From Podarcis tiliguerta (lineage: Eukaryota): 64,000 nt of DNA. This document shows, piece after piece, positions 11,298-24,606 of the stretch (position 1 is the first letter of the stretch; every line of letters begins with the position of its first letter). Position numbers and translations under genes: made by a program. The DNA is taken from NCBI GenBank assembly GCA_965153285.1, contig OZ229115.1; one strand, written 5' to 3'. Under the pieces are notes generated by a model that did no database searches, was not told the DNA's origin, and worked only from the letters and a program-made list of their open reading frames with translations.

Positions 11298-14200
11298 TTA
11301 GGGACGCACTTCCAGGTAAATAAGTATAGGATTACAGCCTTAATGTAACTAAAACTAAGCGAGCCTAATCCTAAGAATATTTAATTGGAAGCAAGGGAGT
11401 TTTTAACCCTTTATCCCATGCTATTTACTGAATCCATAACACACCCCAGCTGCAGTTGGGGGGGGGGTAGAGTCTCAGTGGGTGTACCTCGTCTGCCCTG
11501 GGCTAATAGTAGTGTCATGAGAGGATTCAGATCAAGGAAAGGACAACCCCATTCTTTGCTGCTTCGTCCCTGTCAAATAGAAGCTCCCGCAGCTGCTTTG
11601 AAGTGAAGAAATATTGCACAAGATTCAATCACCTATTTGGCCCTTAGATTAAGGGAACAGCATGTAATGTTGAACCAATAAATATTTATCTGAATATAAT
11701 TTACACATTAAATGAAAAACATTTTAAAAGTCTGAATGCATGCCCTGGAAATTCCTGAGCATGCTTTACTTTTAATCACTTCTGATCTTAGAATTATCAG
11801 GTAGACTATCAAAGTGTTGTGTTGATGAAGGATGCTTTGAAAGAATGATTTATTTATAAGACATGTGTTGTTTTATAAGTATTTTACCATACGCAGATGA
11901 ATAATGTTTTCACTCAAAATACATTGGGCACATGGAACAGTTATTATTAAAGGATCCTGTTTTTATTATATTTCATAATAAATTAGACTTCTGCATAGTT
12001 GGGTGCACCTAATAGTAGAAAGGTGGCCTGTATGATTATTAGCAGCCTGCTAGTACTAATAATCATGGAAGCCTAAGTGGCAGAGCAAAATGTGCTATTC
12101 TAGGGAGTGAGAGCTCTTCCCTGAGGAGATGAACTATCAACACCAAGTTTATACAAAGGAGCAAAAGACTAAGCCAAAAGTGACCATCATACAAACCCTT
12201 TAACGTGATGGTTGAGGCAATGAAAAGCAGAACTATGTTCAGTTCACTGGGCTTGCCATTATTGTCAGCTTACTTCCTCCAGGGGTGCAAATGAAGAGGC
12301 AGAAAATAGATGTTCAACCTGCTTGGAAGCAATGGTGTGTTTCAAAAAAAAAACCAAAACAAACTATATACAAATAGTTTTTTGTCTATTTAGATTTTAC
12401 CTGCTAGTTTCCGCACAAGTTATTCCTCAAGTAAACAGGTGCTTGAGCGTGATATTTTTGGCTGCAAAAGAAATTTGTAAACTACTGATTTGGAGGCACA
12501 GAAAAAAGTCTGCATTTTTACGATTCAACTTGCAATGGACTTTAAGCTGTGTTTATTAAAGATCTGTTGTTGTTTTTAGCTAATCCAGAATCCAAAAGAA
12601 CAATAGGCATGAACCCAGACAGATGACCATTTCTGACTTGAGCTGAGACCTAATGTTTGCGGGCATGCGGGGGAGAGTTGTAGTTTTGAGGATGAAGAGG
12701 CCAGGTCCCAAACAGTCAACTTCTATTTTTCCCCCCTGCCATTCTGTCTTCATGAACTGTGTCTTTTTGGTACAGTTGGGATCCATTTTAAATTTAGAAT
12801 GTCATTTAATGCCGAGCCATCTTGAGCCTCCCGCATACTCACAACCTTAAGAACACTTTCAGAGTCCCTGTTGATGTGTAGCTGATACATAACTGAGCAG
12901 TGGTGTGAGGTAGATCACATCCACAAGCCACGCATCACCATCACAGCAGTGAATCCGTAATGTTAGCCTCAAAAATGGTCTCCTTCCCAACAGTCCCTAA
13001 GAATGATTTATACATACATACATCACTGGAGTAAAAGCAACTGCTTAACAATGTCAGAATTTCCTTTACATAAGGAGATTTGACCTGATCCCTAGCCAAG
13101 CACAATGAGTTTGGTAATGAAGGTAAACCAAGCAGGTTCCTTTTGATATTTAAGTTTTGGCTTATTTTTTTTCTGTTCTGTTTTTTAACATGCTGTCACA
13201 ACCCTAAGGCTCTGGGACAGACAAGACATTGCTTCACACAGGACACATTTTAAATAAAATGAAATAAATTAAAAGGAACAAGACACAGAGCAGAACATCT
13301 TGTATTTGTCTGTTTCAAATAGCTTTTAGAATGATAAACATCTCTGGTTTCAAAAGTACTTCCCATAATTTTTCTATTTCCATGCACCCACCTGTCCTAT
13401 CCCAGACAGAAGGTTTTGTTCTCTATTATACACTCCCTGATCTCTGAGCAGTGAGAGATTTCAGGAGTCCCAGCACATTCCTTGGAATGAAGGCCAGGGG
13501 AGACTATGGCACTGTTGTGATATGATAATCATTTACCCAAATATATATGCTAAGCATAAGGTGGAAGGTTTATAGCATTAGCACTCTCGTAGATCTTGCT
13601 CTCTCATTTAGTTTCTAGGGGGACTCCTCAATGCCATAACACTGGACCAGCAGAGCAAGCAAGTCACACTTTGGGGGCCTCATCCACATCTACCCTTTGT
13701 CCCACGCTTCCTAGGCACAGGTATAAAGCGCCATGTCTGAGCACATAGGGCTTGTTCACACTATACACTTATAAAAAGTTTGCCTGGACATGAACATAAA
13801 CTGAGAAACCCACATTGGCTACAGCAATCATCTGGTTCACAAAATGGCTGTTCTGCACTGAATAAGCAGCATTTAGTAACAATGCGTTCAGGACACTTGA
13901 ATTAAGCTGCTCCTTGATCAATTGTGAGCAGCTGGGTTCAGTTCACACTGAGCTGAGATGGCATAGGATGTTTAGAGCAAACCACAAGTGTGATCAAGCT
14001 CTACGCTTCTTCTCTGCTGCATGGGTTCCCTTTATTTAAAAAAAGAAGACAATCCAAACTACCACAGAGAAACTGTGACTTGAATAAAATTAGCTGAAAT
14101 GTATGTTCTGTGTGATCATGTTTAGTTTTAATTCTTTTGGGGGGACTGTGTTTGCCATGGGATCTTTGGCTCCACATACTCTATAAATAGGCACTTGCAT

Positions 14201-16756
14201 ACACACACACACTACAGTGTTGGGTATTGTGGGTCTCAGACTCTGGGGACAGTTCCCTGCTTCCTGCATCACCACAGCAGCTGGTAGAAGAAGGAACTGC
14301 AAGTACTTCTATCTAACCTAAAGCTGAGTTTGGGATGCTGGAAGATGACTCAGCAGAACAGGGAAGCCATGTGACCTATATCACTTTCTAGATCTCACCT
14401 CTTCAGTGTGAGGGCAATTCTTGTGGCTTGGTTCAGCAGATTGTTGAAATGTTCAGAAACAGACCTTTAGAAGCAAGGATGATAGCACAAGTGGGTTACA
14501 CAGTTCTTAAAGGAGCCCCAGTTCAAATATTTGGACAAGAGGGGGAAAAAACAACAATCAGTTTAGGAATCACAGCTTGACAATCTGGTCAGTTGGACTT
14601 GGCCAGGATCTTTCCACAGGGTTAAATAATGCCCCAAATTAATTTTAGCTATGTCATTATATTCACACAAGTCCTTTTTTGGCCACAGTTATGCAATGTG
14701 GGTGGACAGAATTTACAAATAAAAGGAAACATAACTTTGAAGAGGTATCTGTAAAGTAAGGGCTAAAAGATGTGTGGTCCTCTTGAAAATAAAATAAAAA
14801 TAAAAAGTTGTGATGAATTGGATTCTGAAAAGTTGGATTCAGAATAGAATAGCAAACATTAAAAACACTGATAAAGTTGATGGAGAATGTGAGGGGGGTG
14901 GAGTAGCAACAATGACAGAGTAAAAAAGATGCAAGGCAATTGACAAAATTATTTACATGACATTGTGACAAGATTATTGATTATTGAATTAGATGCTTGG
15001 GACATGGAATGAGGTGACAAATGAATGAGTGGGTTTATACCTGGAACAGATAATCATACATATATCAATTGCAACCAGCAGCCCTTAAATCATTTGGTCA
15101 GACTTTGCATACCTTCACATATACTGTACAACATATTTTGTCCCTGAACACATAATTAACCTGTTGCAATTCATGGCCATAGGTTGCATACAACACAAGC
15201 TTCTGTATTTCTTCAGATTTATATTCTGCCTTTCTACATAGCACCCAAGGAGGCTAAGGACACTAATAAAAACTATCACTTTAAAATAAGGAGCAACAGA
15301 AAACAGAAAATGAAGTCAGGTAAAATAGCTAAAATCAACAGCCTGTGAAAGCTAAAATATATTTCATATTGGGAAACAGCAGAAAATATGGTGGCGGGTG
15401 TGGGTGGGTGGACTGTCCAGCTCGTAATAAATGGCTCATGTACAGCACAGCATAGCTGAACAATTCGGTGTTGACTTGCTTTCCAACATGGTGTGAATTG
15501 CTGTTTCGTCTGTTTATCTGTTCCTGTAACTGCTGCCAAACGAGAAGCAACCCCTGAGTTGGCACCTCCAAATTCCGCAGAAAGGACTAAGGGCCCCTCT
15601 GCATGACTCTAAAGGATTTCAGTTTTCCTGTTCTCATCTCTGCACTCAGACAAAGGCATTCAGCTCATCCAGATCACCCACTGTCTGCCAAACATAACCT
15701 GGCAGCAGTTTGCTGGCCACAGCAAGTGGCAAAGAAGGCTATCTCAGAGTGGGGAAGGAATCTGCCTCTTCCCAGTATGGTTACTACACTTCCAGTTGTA
15801 CATGCACTACATTACCTAAGTAATGCATGTGGGAACTGTTATCAGGACATGCTGTTGCACACATTGTCTGTGCAACTCCATAGGGTAGCACAATGGTGAC
15901 ATTCCATGTTAAGAGGATTTCTACATGATGCCCTCCAGAAGGACTACAACTCCCAGCACCCCAGTCAGCATGGCCAAAAGTCAGGGAGTTCAGCAACCTA
16001 TGGAGGAGATAGGTTAGCCTCCTGTGCCCTGTAGTCATCAGTATGAAGATCCTGGTGTATAGCAGCGACGTTACCCTTACTGCTATTTTGTGACCCTTTA
16101 AATGTATTTGACTATTAATATTTCAAAATGTTTCCAGTTCTGTCCTCCTGTGCTACGAGTACACATCCAGTTACATTTTTTTAGATGTAGAGCCAACAAC
16201 TGTTCTCCGCCCGCACAACAAACCCATTCTTCTCCTCCTATCCCTTATGTGTGCAAGGTAATATATCACACTGTTGTAGCTGGATTGGGCCTTGCAGGAG
16301 TATCATGTGTGACAGATAAAATGTATTTGGTATGCAAAAAATGATACTTTGATACACAAATGTAGTGCAAGGAATGTGTTTGCAGGTGGTGGTACTGATA
16401 ACAGCATTTATATGGCTCTTGATTACTGAGTTGTATATGAAATATTTTGACAACATAAGCTGGCATTATATTGTCTGAATACTGTAGTTTGGGGTGAGAT
16501 GTTTGAATTGTGTAAACTGAACTGAAACATCTGAATTGTAATGCAACTAGCTAATTCCATGAGGTTTTACTATGCCTGTGTGCATTAGATTGTATTACAC
16601 TACTTCAGCTGTGAGGCACACAGTTAACCTTTCAGTTACTTTCAGTATTACAGTATTAACATTGAAGTGAGACCCTGTCAGCATATAACACCTCTGATCA
16701 GACGTGCAGTTTGCTGGTTGGCAGTTTGCTGCTGGGCCAAGTTCAAGGTGTTAATA

Positions 16757-16979
16757 CAGTGGACGCTCAGGTTGCGAACGTGATCTGTGCAAGAGGCACG
16801 TTCACAACCCACAGCGTCCGCAACCCGCAGCACCGCGTCTGCGCATGCGCGGGTTGCGATTTGGTGTCTCTGTGCATGCGCGAGTGCCGGAAGTAACCCA
16901 TTCTGGTACTTCCAGGTTTCGGTGCATCCGTAACCCAAATATGCGCAACCTGAAGCGTCTGTAACCCGAGGTATGATGG
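16757..16979. mobile_element. Tc1/mariner (Tigger-like) MITE, related to 10707-10960, opposite orientation
   Basis: TA-CAGTGGACGCTCAGGTTGCG ... GTAACCCGAGGTATGA; CpG-rich interior with GCGCATGCGC repeats. Confidence 0.8.
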
Positions 16980-16999
16980 TCTATAAATCCCTTAACAGC

Positions 17000-17412
17000 T
17001 TGGAACCTTTGACTTATGAGATTGCCTTACCCCATGTATGACTACTCGACCGCCTTGATCTGCAGAACTGGCCCTGTTACAGGTGCCACATAACACTTGT
17101 TCCGCATTTGTAAGAAATCAATATTTTAGTGTGGCATCACCCAAACTTTGGAACTCCCTGCTTATTGACACTGCATTCTTTCCAGTGCCTGCTAAAACCA
17201 TTTACAGTATGTATAGGCAACCCTATCCAGAAATGTAGAATCTTGACGTGTTTTAATCTGGTTTTTAGTCTCTCATTGATTTTATTTATTTATTTGTTGA
17301 ATGTTTTAAATAGTTGTTTTTGACTGTTTTTACTGATAATTTTATTGTTTTCTTCTGTAAACTACTTTGATGTTTTGTTACAATCAAGAAGTATATAAAT
17401 CTTGGGAAATCA
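17000..17412 (+). mobile_element. L2-like LINE 3' end
   Basis: TTTAGTGTGGCATCACCCAAACTTTGGAACTCCCTGC (FSVAxPxLWNSLP motif), T-rich UTR and GTAAACTACTTTGA...GTATATAAAT terminus. Confidence 0.7.
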
Positions 17413-17661
17413 ACATAGAAAGTTATTAAGTTCCAAAAGCACAAACTGAACATTTCCCTTCTCACCCCACCACTACTCTGTATTCCTGATAGATTAAATC
17501 AAACAAATAAATGACATTTTGCCACCCTGGTTTTAAAAAGTAATGCTAATACTCTGAGCATGTGCAGTTTCAATACTTGAAACTCATTTGATCAAAGCAT
17601 CATCATGGTTACTGGAAGAAAATGACGTTTACTTTTGGTGCTCTAATGCTAAACATATTTA

Positions 17662-17913
17662 CAGTGGTACCTTGGTTTAAGAACAGATTAGTTTATCAAC
17701 AACTTGGATTAAGAATGCTGCAAACCTGGAAGTAGGTGTTTTGGTTTGTGAACTTTGCCTTGGAAGCAGAACACGTTTCGTCTCCTGTTGAGTGTGTTCC
17801 ATTTGTAAATTGAGTCCCCCGCTGCTACGGGAAAGCATGCCTTGGTTTAAGAATGCTTTGGTTTAAGAACGGACTTCCAGAACAGATTAAGTTTGTAACC
17901 CAAGGTACCACCG
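17662..17913. mobile_element. Tc1/mariner (Tigger-like) MITE
   Basis: TA-CAGTGGTACCTTGGTTTA ... TAACCCAAGGTACCACCG-TA. Confidence 0.85.
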
Positions 17914-20900
17914 TACTTGGGAATAGGTACCATTTTGTTGTAGAAAAGGCCAATATATATATTAATATAAAATAAAAGCACAATGAGCATTTCTAATCAT
18001 ATACATGGTACTGTACACTGGCCTGTCCCTTACCCTGGCTGTGTACATACACTACATTTAAAGCACATGAATAAAAAAATCCTGGGAGGTGGCAAATTCA
18101 TCTCCAAGGCCATCACTCCTGCTGCAGCAGCAGCGGCAGCTGATGATGCATTCCTTGGAGGCCACATCTACTGCCCCCGTGCCTAAGGCGGTTGCCTCAC
18201 CTTGCCTCATGGGTACGTTGGTGCTGCTTCTAGGTAATAACTTGGGAGGGCCCAGCCCTATATGCCCCAGTGCTATGCCTAGGGCTGCTTAAGAAATCCA
18301 CAGCTGAGATGTTTGACTCTCGTCTCAAGAACTTGCAGTTAATAATGCAAATTCGTAACCATCTAGTGAGTCTCAGATTCTCCTAGCTTGGTTTTTACCA
18401 GAAGAATACAGTCTACTTTCAGTATGTGTGAATCTTTTCACAGAGAACTGCCACTATTAACTTGGTCAGATGCCATGACTTGGTTTGCAGAAGCTGGTCA
18501 TAAAGGTGTGTGCAGAGAGGTTAAAACCTTCTTTGCAAGCTGGGCCCTACTCAGGAGGCGTTATAAAGTAGAAAACCAGCTGTTGATGAAGCATTATCAG
18601 TCCCTGTCAACAGGCTGCTGGGTTTTTTCCCCCCTATCTTCTTTTGAAACCAGATGGATTCTAAGAAACTGAGACAGTAAATGGTAGGCTAGGTAAGCAG
18701 TAGGACAAAAAAGCCCTTTTGCTTATCTTGAACTATTCTATGGCTGAAGGGTATTATGTCGAAGGGTTGCCTCAGATAATGCAGGAGCTGGGATGCCTTG
18801 ATTAGTATGAGCAGAAGATAGCTTCTGAAAAGAACTTGTGCTTAAAGTTCAGAAAAGAAGTCCAAAGAAAGGAAAAGAAGACAATGATCTAATTAAAATA
18901 TCTGCTTAAGGCAATACCTGGCTTGCCAGTCATGTTAAACAAGGGATGGAGAACTTGTGGCCTTCCAGATGCTGTTGACTACAGCTCCTGTCATCCTGCT
19001 CATCCTCCTATCAACTGCTTTGGCCACAGTTGATACCTTCTGGAGGGCCACATATTCCCCATCCCTGGGGCAAACCATCATTCATGTTTAACCCAGGCGT
19101 CACGATCTCATGCAATTTTGCACTGTGATCTAGGCCCTAAAAGCACTTTTGGGGGAACCATGAACTCGCATGGTCACGTGACAGGCATCAGAGTGCAGCC
19201 CCGGAAGATGGTGCCTCGTTTTTTGTTTGTTTTTGTTTTGTGACGTGATGGAGGGTATGATATAGCTAGTGCCTCATTCCATGCTTGCAGAGGCAAGGCA
19301 GAGCCTTATAAAGAACCAGCTGTACACAATTGTTAAGGCTGCAATCCTGCGCATGCTTACTGCGCACAGCAGGTCTTACTGCCAAGTAAGGACAGATAGG
19401 CCTGCATCACCCATATTCTTTTGGAGGAGTGGGAGGGAAATGTCCCCTGTAGAAAACAACAAATATTCTGAAGTCCCCCTGTGTGTGCCATTTCCAGTTG
19501 TTATTCTCAGGCAGAAGAATTCACATTAGAAACGGAGGCTTGTGCCCAGCCACACCCTGTCAGTTTGCCGTTGCAGTTTCAGTAGCCATGTGGTGGAGGT
19601 CAACAGAGGTGACTACCACTGATTGCTATCTTTGGAGGCAGTCAGGATTCCTTTCTGCTAGCCTTGCTGGCTTGTGTGGTTCCTCTTAGGCTATGAAAGC
19701 CTGAACTAAACTCTTCCTTTAAAAAAAGAATTAAAAGAAGTCAACACATAATCATGTTAATGATGACTAGGACTGAAACTTCTACCACAGTAACGTTTTG
19801 TTTTGTAAAACATTTTAACCGAGTGACACTCTGCAGCTATGTTTCACCAGATCACCAACATTTTACAACCTTAAGCCATCCTGTGCTGTCCTTCACACAG
19901 GCATGAACAAACTGGCAATGTGGAGCCACAGTTCCACTGCTGGGTTTGACTGCCTTCGGCTGCTGGGCTGTACATGTGACAGATTTTGAGTGTCTCACTT
20001 GCAGTGCTCTGACAGGTGACTGGTGCTGACAACAGTGATAGTCAAATTAATTTTAAACATTCTTCACATTTCAGCCTCAACTTGTGAGTAGGTCTTAAGC
20101 ATGCTGTGTAGGTGATGGACCTGAAAAGAAAAGGCAAGAGTGTAACGCTGTGCAACTCTAAATATGTACACTGATTTCAGGCTCTGACAAAGACTAGTGG
20201 TGTGTGGGAGCATTGGTGCAATGTCAAAGCAAGTGGAAAAATGAGGCAGGCTTGCATTTGCTTTTCGGAAGAACTCTGCAAAGCTTCGGGTGTTTTTGTA
20301 GAGCTGGACAGGTTCTGATGTGCCCAAACTTTGTTTGATTAAAGTTGTGGCCGTTTGAATTCAGTTTAAGGTGCATTCAGACTCTTGTTTTGTTTAGAGC
20401 CTTTCCAGAAGATTGTCTACAGCATGATTATGGTGGAATCATTATGTAAAATATATGCTTTTTGTGCTTTGGGATTTCTCTTGATCAAAGTATAGCTTGC
20501 TGGTGCCAAGGCTTAAGAATCCAGGTCATGGATGGTGGGCCATTTGTGTCTAGTTTTTGATTGATGATACTGCCCCATAACTTATCATAAATTGCACTGC
20601 CACAGGGCATTGCACTTCCGCAAGATGAAGTAATGGTCACCGACTTGGATGGGCCTGTGGTCTTATCTGGCAGGGTTCTTCTTATGTTCTTATATTCTGA
20701 CATGAACATGAACTTTATGGTGGATAGTCTGATGTTGCACCATCTTTTGGCTGAATAGCAGGATAAAAATGCTGAGCAACACAAATGGTGAGCAACACAA
20801 GCCCTCAGCATGCCTGCACCGAACTATACACTTTCCTTATCACCACCCTCATCATTATTTCTGTAGAGCCACAGTAGTGTTATATTTCCCCCGCTCTCGT

Positions 20901-22379
20901 GCCTAGGTATGGTACTACTATGCTCATAATAAAACTCATTCTTTTCCCCCTTGTTTTGTGTTGAAGGCCCCCCCCAAAAGCAAGGCTACCTAGAGGTAGC
21001 TTAAGATATTGGGTGCAGGAGTCAGAAAATCCAATGGTGCCCCCCTCCAGATGGTAAAAAAGTAACAGAACTACCTAACCAGCAATCTGCTGCTATATGG
21101 TCAAAACTTGCCTCTTGTCATGAGCTTCCTCACTCTGCTTAGTAATAGGGCTATTCCTGTAGCCAATGTCACCTCTCCTGTACTACTCTATTGTTTCATC
21201 AATTTGTATTTGAAATGAGGGAAAAAAGCTAGCTCCTAATTTGGAGCCCTCAGCCAGCCTAATATTTTACTAGGAGGAAAAATGCAAAGAGCAGCATGAT
21301 TATTCCTCTCCCTGCCCATCCCCCTGCCCCTCCATTTCATGGTGACTTCATACATGCAACTGTGTGATTTTTCAAACATGGAGTACTGTATAACTATCCG
21401 TAATGGACTGTGTCCAAAGCAGAAAGTGAATCATTGTGGGCTACATATAAAGCTGAATGAACCAACACATTTCATGGGAAAGGAACAGAGCAGCCTGGAT
21501 GACAAATGCTTTCTAGAACTGGTTTGGTCCATAGGAATTTGACCCTGTGATTTTCCCCAAGGATACAATTGGGATTTCAGAGCATGAAGCTACATCTCAG
21601 AAAATAAAGTTTTGTCTTCTGCTTCCATCTCCTTGCTTTTCATGGTAATCCACACACCTTGTGCAATCTCCAGCTGCTCAGTATTTAGCCACTCCAGCTG
21701 AAAACCAATGGGAACCCCAGAAATCCAAAACCTCAGTGCTCACCTGCCTCCAGTTCTCTTAGACCTCTGCTTTAGGTTTGCACGCTAATTCTGTGTTAAA
21801 GAGCTGCAAAGGCTGGGGAACTGAAAACTTCTGGACAATGCCACCACCTTTTGGGGGTGGGTGGGTTTTGGGTTTTTCAACTTTGCTAACTCTATAGTGG
21901 CTGTTGCTACCCATTTTCACTGCTAATTATCTTTTTCCTATACCATGAATAGCAGTCTTCAGGGAAGAGCTACTCTTCTCCCCAGCCTTCCCACTTATCT
22001 ATGTAGCACCAGTTGTGTCTACATTTCCTAGGATAATCTGCCTACCCACCCATCTACTCTTCCTTTTCCTCACGAAGAGCACCTGCTGCTATCTTTGCTA
22101 ATATTGCTCTCCAGAGGGGCGTATGTATTTTTCTGTTTTTTTCAAAAGAGCATGTGTGTCTTTACCAACACCAATGCACATAGTTCATATTTTATTTTAT
22201 TTTGATGAAAAGGTTCCTTGCCCTTTACTTAGAGTCCCTGGAAGTCATTACCCTTTCCCTGTAAAAATTCTTATTATACCTGCCACCTAGAGCTAATGCA
22301 CAAACTTCCTCTATCCAATCATTTCCCCATAAAAAGCTTGCATCACCATCATTGGTGCAGAGAACAGTACATTTTAAGG

Positions 22380-24150
22380 AGAACAATATAAGACAAATAT
22401 TAAATAAATTTATTGTAGAATGGGCAATAAGGTAGTAGAGGAACAGACAATTAATGAAGAGGACCAGGATTATACATAGTCACAAAACTCCAATAGTAGT
22501 CTCATCAACCACATTACATATTGGATGTCCAAACTAGGTGATACAAAATTATTTGTCTGTTCAAACACAAATGGAGATGGAAGGTCAAAAGATTGCTACA
22601 ACTTAAGCAATTTTTAAAAGCTGGGATGATATGTAAGGTTTAAAACCGGAATACATTGGTGTCTATTCTCAGGAGCAGCTAAATGGTGTCAATAGGTTAG
22701 GGAAATCTTGCATTGAAGCACCTTATCATTGCAACTTTCATTGGAAATAAATTCCATGGAAGTCTGTGGGGTAGCCTTCAGAATAAACATGTAGAAGATT
22801 CAGCTGAAAAGGTCTATATGTAGAGAGGTAGCTGAAGCTACACTGGATTTGTATGCTCACACAAAATGTGTTCATCATATACAGTATATATAAGAAAATG
22901 GCATCATTAACTTCACACGTCCATTGGACTGTGTACACACCATACATTTAAAGCACAAGACTTCCCCCAAATAATCCTGGGACATGTTGTTTATCAGCAG
23001 CCATAACAAACTACAGGTCCCAGGATTCTTTGGGAAAGTCATGTGCTTTAAATGTACATACTGTAGTGTGTATGGAGTCCCCCCCCCCAAGAGTGCTCTT
23101 TTTGCGTTCTAAGTTCAATGTAGGCTTGAAAAGTTTTCTTGAAATCAGTATGACAGCAGACATTTCTAATCAATAGCATAGGAAATAGGTTAGCCTTTTG
23201 TGCAAGGGGTTTTTAAAAGTTCATCTGCTTATTTAAATGAAAACAGAAAGTACTACGAACAAATGTGTAACAAATTAGTAAAAAATGGGAAACTGCATAT
23301 GGAAAGTAGGTCGAGAACAAGTTCAGCTCAATTAGAATTAGTAATTATAAAAGATATATACAATCTTATAAATGAGGGAAATGGTGTATACAAAAATCAA
23401 AAGCATTATGAGTGTGTAACTAAGACCACTGACTTATTATATTAATCCTTTGTGATGAGGGGAAAAAAGAATTTGAGAAATGGATATTGGAGGAAGAAGG
23501 TAAGATATTAAAATTAAGTATGATCATTTTAAAAATACAAGCATTTGTTACAAATACTAAGCTTAAAATGGCATGAGTATGTGCAGATTTTTCTTGATGA
23601 AGCATGACAATTTCTATTTAGAAAAGGCCCCTGCTTTCTGTAGCAATTAATTAGAGAGAAAACTGATATAAGATGGCTAAACGGAGGCATTTGACAACAT
23701 GGAAAATTTATAAAATATATAAGGTTGAAAATAAATATTAAATATGTCAGGAGGCAAAGGGCAATTATGATAACTATAATTGAGTTTTTCCAGTTAAAAG
23801 TAGAATCCAAACTGTTGTTATGCTTATAGAATTATGTGAAAACTGTTATTTCATTGGAGATATAAGAACCAGCTGTATATATAAGCACAAATGCAATAAT
23901 TTTGGAAGTGTAATCAAAAACATAGTAGAACAAAAGTAGGAAATGTTTGGATCAGTTTGAAATTGTTAAGCTTACAGGCTTTCAAAGTACACAAAAGAAA
24001 TAGACAGTGGTGTTAGCTAGGCATTAACCTGTGATGCAGCATATAAGAAATGAACTTGGTCTAAATGATACGGATGTAGCTTTTATGAAATTATATCATG
24101 AAAAGCTTGAATCTATTGGGCCAGTGTTGGTCGGAATTTATTTTGTAAGC
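22380..24150 (+). mobile_element. Highly degraded L1-like ORF2 3' region, interrupted by small MITEs
   Basis: Strong A-rich strand skew and faint remnants resembling the L1 ORF2 C-terminus (zinc-knuckle region ~23730-23800, EIVKLT ~23959). No intact ORF. Confidence 0.4.
22931..23075. repeat. Palindromic MITE-like repeat, same family as 862-1046
   Basis: CATTTAAAGCACAAGACTTCCCCCAAATAATCCTGGGAC ... GTCCCAGGATTCTTTGGGAAAGTCATGTGCTTTAAATG. Confidence 0.75.
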
Positions 24151-24364
24151 AGTGAACTATGTAATTGACTGAATGCTGCATTGTGGAAATGGAATTCCGT
24201 TCATGCAACAGGACTCCACAGTCATCTCCACCAGGATGCCTTCAGAATCTGTTCTGGGGAATCCCCAACACTCTAAAGCAGGTTTTGAGGGAACACAGGC
24301 AGCTGTAGAAGGGAGGCGAGGATGGTGAAGTCCTATTATATGAGCAGAGGTTCACTCTGCTTTC

Positions 24365-24436
24365 GCATGGACAGCATGGTCTAGATGACCCTTGTGGTCC
24401 CTTCCAATTATACAATTCTATCATTATATTATTCTA
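24365..24436 (+). mobile_element. CR1 extreme 3' tail
   Basis: CTAGATGACCCTTGTGGTCCCTTCCAATTATACAATTCTAT with a degenerate ATTCTATG tail. Confidence 0.7.
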
Positions 24437-24606
24437 ACCCTATATAACCTATTATCATGCTCTGTTATGTATTTACAGAATTAAAATAATGTATTTCTTT
24501 AAATAAAACAAAGGCTATAACCCACAGACTCCACAATCACTCAAAATCTTAGCTCAACACAAAGGAAAGTTGATTCACCCCCATATCAAAATCGCTCGTT
24601 TGGATC

